Shown one piece after another: positions 59,613 through 64,000 of a DNA stretch of 64,000 nucleotides. The stretch is taken from NCBI GenBank assembly GCA_963699155.1, contig OY969414.1, positions 64,001-128,000 of the forward strand. Direction: 5' to 3'. The translations under genes were made by a program, and so were the position numbers. The stretch's first letter is position 1; every line of letters begins with the position of its first letter. This DNA comes from an uncultured Chlamydiales bacterium. Lineage in GTDB: Bacteria > Chlamydiota > Chlamydiia > Chlamydiales > JAAKFR01. The notes beneath the pieces were generated by a model, which ran no database searches, was not told the DNA's origin, and saw only the letters and a program-made list of their open reading frames with translations.

Positions 59613-60644
59613 ATGGTGAGCAGTGTCAGCGAAGCAGTTTTTGATAAAGAGCATTATCACGAAGAGATCTCCAAACTTTGGACTCCGGCACTTCGCTCTT
59701 TCAACCGATTAATCCGCTCTTATGTGATCTTCAACCTTGTCTTTCTGATCATTGTCTGCTCCGAAGTGGCCTGCTTTCTCTCCTTCTTTGCCCTTTTGAG
59801 TAAATCGACCGTTTTGGCCTTTACGCTGGCCATTTTTTTCATGACACTCTTCTCCTATTTTGTGCTGAAACTCTATCTACAGGCCAAAAAGCCCGATCAG
59901 TTAATGGATCTCTGCGACCTCTATCTCGGAAGATGCAAAGAGATTATCCGATATCAGGAGGGTATTCCAGAACATCATATCGCTCTCGGTCAAGCTGCCC
60001 AGAAATTTGCTGCTGCTCTCCATGAAAAAGAGTATAGCTACTATGAAGCGCCCCCCTTACTCAGCTCTCTCAACCCCACGCTCGAGCGCTTTAGCTGTTT
60101 CTGCCACTGGAAGGACCTCCACCGGATGAAAGAGGTGCTTCTCACAACTGCGGTAGAAGAGCATCTAAAGGTGGTGAAGTGCGAACCGACCAATCTGGAG
60201 GTCCATGCCGCTCTCGCCAATGCTTATGTCATGCTCTCGAGCCTCTATAGCGATCCACGCAAATATCACGATTACGACGAAGAACGCTATGTCCCCGAGG
60301 AACGCTTCTCAGAGGCAATGCAAGTAAGGTTCCGCTCCACAGCGCAGAAAGCGATCGAAGAGTTTAAAATTCTCAATGACTATGCACCCGAAGATCCTTG
60401 GGTCCATGTCCAGCTCGCCTACTCCTACCACGATCTCCAAATGCCGCTGGAGGAGATCCGTGAATATGAGATCGTCCTCTCCCTCCGTCCCCAAGACAAA
60501 GAGACCCTCTTCAAGCTCGGCATGCTCTATTTCCAGCAAGGCCTCAACGCCAAAGGGCTCCGCATCTTCGAAGCCCTCAAGCGCACTCACTACGCCAAAG
60601 CCGAAAGCCTCATCAAATTCTACGGCACCTACGAAGAAGCATAA
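59613..60644 (+). CDS. Membrane-anchored TPR protein
   Basis: Two N-terminal TMs; TPRs (EPTNLEVHAALANAY, PWVHVQLAYSYHDL, LFKLGMLYF). Confidence 0.82.
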   Translation: MVSSVSEAVFDKEHYHEEISKLWTPALRSFNRLIRSYVIFNLVFLIIVCSEVACFLSFFALLSKSTVLAFTLAIFFMTLFSYFVLKLYLQAKKPDQLMDLCDLYLGRCKEIIRYQEGIPEHHIALGQAAQKFAAALHEKEYSYYEAPPLLSSLNPTLERFSCFCHWKDLHRMKEVLLTTAVEEHLKVVKCEPTNLEVHAALANAYVMLSSLYSDPRKYHDYDEERYVPEERFSEAMQVRFRSTAQKAIEEFKILNDYAPEDPWVHVQLAYSYHDLQMPLEEIREYEIVLSLRPQDKETLFKLGMLYFQQGLNAKGLRIFEALKRTHYAKAESLIKFYGTYEEA

Positions 60645-60690
60645 CCTCGTGCCTTGCATCAGACTGATTTATCTTGAGTCTTCCTAGTCG

Positions 60691-60787
60691 ATTCAACGCA
60701 AAGACGCCAAGGCGCAAAGAAGCAAAGAAGGAGGGTACGCGAAGCGCCCTCTTTGCTTCTTTGCGCCTTGGCGTCTTTGCGTTGAAT
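60691..60787. repeat. REP-like palindrome family A, copy 4
   Basis: Near-perfect arms attcaacgcaaagacgccaaggcgcaaagaagcaaaga / complement around gggtacgcgaagcgc. Confidence 0.9.
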
Positions 60788-60800
60788 TTGTGCGAAAGAA

Positions 60801-61718
60801 TTAAGCAAGGGATTCCCAGATGACGGTGCCGACGATCAGGCCGGCGAGACAGAGGGAGTTAGCCTTCCAGTTTACCTGCTCTTTGTAGAGGAGCTGGGCC
60901 CAGCCATTACAGATGAGGATCACCCCGACTGAAAAGATGGGGAAGATCATCGCATTTTCCCAGGATCTGGAGACTTGTGGGGCGAGGATGAGGAAGAAGG
61001 TGCACGCACCATTGGCAACGCCGCCTAAGATGCCGTAATAGATCTCTGCCCCTTTGGGGAAATGGTGGTGTTTGCATAGGTAGACGACCCACTGGATGAG
61101 GGCGCCCATGAAAAAGATGGCAGGCATGAACCACTGAATATGCTGGCTGCCGAGGTGGATAGGAAGGAGTGAGGATGTCGGTAATTCTGGTTTGAGAACC
61201 ATGGCCCACCACTGGAGAAAGACGAGGAAGAGGGTGTGGACCAGAAAAATTAAGCTGGCAAAGAAGATCCAACTATTTTTGTTAGGGTTGGAGGCGCTGG
61301 TCCAGCCTGCCCAGAAGAGGCCGATGGCCACGAGGAGGGAGCCAAGGCCATTAGCGAGGGTATAGGGATGGTTAAAGAGAGACCCGAAGAGCAGTGCTAA
61401 AATGACTCCAGGCATAACTGAGGAGGTGTTGAGAATGGCAAAAGTGAGTCCTGGCGGTCCCTTTTCGAGACTCTTTCCTAATCCCCACATGAGCAGGCCA
61501 AAGATAAGACCTCCAATGATCCCGAGAATGGCCGCCCAGTTATTCCATCCATAATCACTCGTACGCACAGGATTCAGTAGGATCATGACGACGAAAGAAA
61601 AGGAGAGCTGAACGACCAGATAGGCTTTGCTAGATCCGCCTGCATCGATGCTGCGTCTCAAGCAAAAATTGCTCAGAGAGGCTAATAGTGCTGCCAAAAT
61701 CGCATAAATTATCCCCAT
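60801..61718 (-). CDS. EamA/DMT-like inner membrane transporter
   Basis: About 10 TM segments in two repeats; SLEKGPPGLTFAI and LLYKEQVN motifs. Confidence 0.75.
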   Translation of the reverse strand: MGIIYAILAALLASLSNFCLRRSIDAGGSSKAYLVVQLSFSFVVMILLNPVRTSDYGWNNWAAILGIIGGLIFGLLMWGLGKSLEKGPPGLTFAILNTSSVMPGVILALLFGSLFNHPYTLANGLGSLLVAIGLFWAGWTSASNPNKNSWIFFASLIFLVHTLFLVFLQWWAMVLKPELPTSSLLPIHLGSQHIQWFMPAIFFMGALIQWVVYLCKHHHFPKGAEIYYGILGGVANGACTFFLILAPQVSRSWENAMIFPIFSVGVILICNGWAQLLYKEQVNWKANSLCLAGLIVGTVIWESLA

Positions 61719-61787
61719 GGTCAAACCCACTTGTGAATAAATACCGAGAAGAGTCTAATCGAATCGATCAAAAGTTGCAGTGATTTT

Positions 61788-64000
61788 ATGAAGAGTATTT
61801 TGTTGCTCTTTTTGGCCACTTCCTTAATGGGAAGCCTGCCCCCATTACCAACGCCACACGACGAAAATGAGGCGCTGATCATGCGCCGTCTGCTGGGATT
61901 CTGGCGTGACCGAGACCTCCGTTTTGCTCAAACGGAGGTGGAAAAGTTTGTGAAAGAGAATCCTGACAATGCTCTATCAGATTATTTTTTAGCGATTTTG
62001 GGGGACATGGCCCAGCAAGAGGGAATTTTTGAAGAGGCCTTGCAAACCTATAGCCGGATCCAGTGTACAGAGCTGAAGGAGCATATCCAACTGAAACGGT
62101 GGGAAGCCCTTTATCATATGGGCCGCTATGCTGAGCTCTATCAAGAAACAGCTCCTATGATGGCAGAGATGTCAGAGAGTGAAGAGTTTCGTTTTTATTT
62201 TGCTGAAGGAGCCTTTCGGGAAGCGCTGGCACTTGCCCGCTATGAGCAAGGGAAAGAGGAGGCTCATTTTCTCTGTAAAGAGGCGCTCCCTGTCTATTTG
62301 ACACTGACGGAAAGCCCCTCTTTTGGAAGCTATGCGAAATTGGCCATGGCCGAGATTTTTAGATTTATGGAAGATGAGCCTAAGTCTCTCGCGATCTATC
62401 ACCAATTAGCCAGCCATGAATCCAATCCTGATGTTCTTTTCCAAGTGGCTGCGATTCTCTGTCAGTACGATCGACAGGAGGCGCTACCTGTATATGAAAA
62501 GATTGCGAAAGCAGGCCAATCAAAAGCAGCTGATGCTGCCTATCAATGGCTCCTTCTGCTAGCCGATGGAGAGGAGTGGAAAACGATCGAAGAGGAGAGG
62601 GAAGTTTTTACAACCCACCTGGAGAACGAGCGGAGAGCGGTCGCCTACTTTTACCTGGGGATGATCAGCTATGAAAAGAGTCTTTTTGCAGAAACGATCC
62701 ATGACCTACAAAAATCTGTAGCACAATTGCCTCCACAACATGATAGGCAGGCTCTATTTGTTCTTCTGGATAGTGCAGGTCAACTTCAAAACTGGGAGCA
62801 GATGGAGCTCTTTTATGAGGGGTTAACTAGCCATTATCCAGAAACCTATGCCGAAGCCACTTTTTTCCTCGCTTCGGCCTATCTTCGAGGGGCAGAGAGA
62901 GAACGAGCTTCCCGGTTATTTCATCAAGTGACCTCTGATTTCCCTCATACGGCTTGGGCGGAGAAGGCGACCCTTCAACTGGGTACGCTTTTGATAGAAG
63001 AGAAAAAGTTTCAACAGGCCCATGAGTTGATTGTCGAGGCGTTTCAAAGCAATCCTCAATCGGAAATTAAGCTCTCTATGCTCCAATTAGCAATCGCCTC
63101 GAGTTTAGCGCAATTACCGGAAAGAGAAATCTACGCTCAGCTAGCTGTGGATCTGGAAAGAGCCATCAGCAGCCATCTTTTTAGCCAAGCAGAGCAGCAA
63201 GAAAAAGAGCTTCTCCTCGCCAAGACCTATCTCCATCTCGATCGCACTCATGCCGCTCTCGCAATCGTTGAGAGGCAGAAAGAACCCGATCCTCTCCTCC
63301 TCTGCTATTGTTATGCGAACGAAGGGACCTCTCCCGAAAAGGTGATCGAATTGGGTGAACATGCCCTCAAAAACCATCCTGAAGAAGCAAGCCTCCATCT
63401 CCATCTTTTTAATGCCTATCTAGAAGTAGCCAAAGAGCATGAAACCCACGATTATCGTGAACAGGCGGCGCAACATTTAGAAGCCGCTCTCCCTATCTAT
63501 CCCGTCTCACTAGAGAATCGCCTCTGGCTGATCCACTATTATGCGCGGGAAAAACGGCACCTGGCGATTCCATTGCTTGAAGAGCTGCTTCAAGAAGCCT
63601 CCTCCCTTCAAAAATTCCCTCAAGAGAGCTATCTGTTAGCAACCCTCTATGCTGAGAAGCGGATGTTTGCTAAGGCGGAATCGCTCCTGACGCAATTGAT
63701 CGAGAGGCAACAAACGGGAATGCCGGAAGCGAGCTTGAAGTTGGCAGAAGTGCATCTGCTGCAGGGCAAGAGAGAAAGTGCACGAGAATTTTATAAAAAA
63801 TTGGAAGAGTCGACACAACTAGGAGTAGCTTATGAGGCACGCCTTCGTTTAGCGCGTCTCGACTTTTCTAAGCGGCCTGAAGAGAGCCTCAAGAAATTGT
63901 TGGAGCTGGCTCAACGCAAAACGCTTTCTCACGAACCGACCCATCTTGAAGCCGCTCTCGATTATGCCGATTTGAAAGCTTCCACCTATCCAGCAAAAGA
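61788..64000 (+). CDS. Large secreted TPR-like protein, runs off window end
   Basis: Manual translation MKSILLLFLATSLMGSLPHYQRHTDENEALIMRRLLGFWRD...DYFLAILGD..EEALQTY. I translated only the start; absence from the ORF track is consistent with no stop before 64000. Confidence 0.75.
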   Translation, partial: MKSILLLFLATSLMGSLPPLPTPHDENEALIMRRLLGFWRDRDLRFAQTEVEKFVKENPDNALSDYFLAILGDMAQQEGIFEEALQTYSRIQCTELKEHIQLKRWEALYHMGRYAELYQETAPMMAEMSESEEFRFYFAEGAFREALALARYEQGKEEAHFLCKEALPVYLTLTESPSFGSYAKLAMAEIFRFMEDEPKSLAIYHQLASHESNPDVLFQVAAILCQYDRQEALPVYEKIAKAGQSKAADAAYQWLLLLADGEEWKTIEEEREVFTTHLENERRAVAYFYLGMISYEKSLFAETIHDLQKSVAQLPPQHDRQALFVLLDSAGQLQNWEQMELFYEGLTSHYPETYAEATFFLASAYLRGAERERASRLFHQVTSDFPHTAWAEKATLQLGTLLIEEKKFQQAHELIVEAFQSNPQSEIKLSMLQLAIASSLAQLPEREIYAQLAVDLERAISSHLFSQAEQQEKELLLAKTYLHLDRTHAALAIVERQKEPDPLLLCYCYANEGTSPEKVIELGEHALKNHPEEASLHLHLFNAYLEVAKEHETHDYREQAAQHLEAALPIYPVSLENRLWLIHYYAREKRHLAIPLLEELLQEASSLQKFPQESYLLATLYAEKRMFAKAESLLTQLIERQQTGMPEASLKLAEVHLLQGKRESAREFYKKLEESTQLGVAYEARLRLARLDFSKRPEESLKKLLELAQRKTLSHEPTHLEAALDYADLKASTYPAK

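Overview
This is a chromosomal segment of an environmental member of the phylum Chlamydiota. The assignment is inferred from chlamydia-type gene order (uhpC-hisS-aspS-mip-trmL-trxA-DUF2709-tsaE-dnaQ; npt/pgsA/sppA-polA-coaE-rho; dnaB-mnmG-lplA; sdhCAB-tatD-dsbD-exbBD-tolAB-pal-LysM), a nucleotide transporter (Npt/Tlc), a SycD/LcrH chaperone and Inc-like proteins. The core backbone is interrupted by small accessory inserts: a decayed AbiE toxin-antitoxin pair, an orphan RHH antitoxin, two broken F-box effector paralogues, a membrane-anchored protein with two dual-specificity phosphatase domains, Inc-like paralogue pairs, a pdxS/pdxT/pdxH cluster and a LAGLIDADG intein in dnaB. There are two tRNAs (Leu-CAG, Ser-GCT). 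At least three families of non-coding palindromic elements are present: a 166-bp MITE with 9-bp target-site duplications in two copies, an RPE-like element with orphan right ends, and a REP-like hairpin family in four copies. rho carries about five single-base indels. The most unusual window-wide signal is a local C/G strand skew centred on the insertion points: C-rich on the + strand to the left and G-rich to the right, apparently regardless of gene orientation. No CRISPR array, transposase or integrase was seen.
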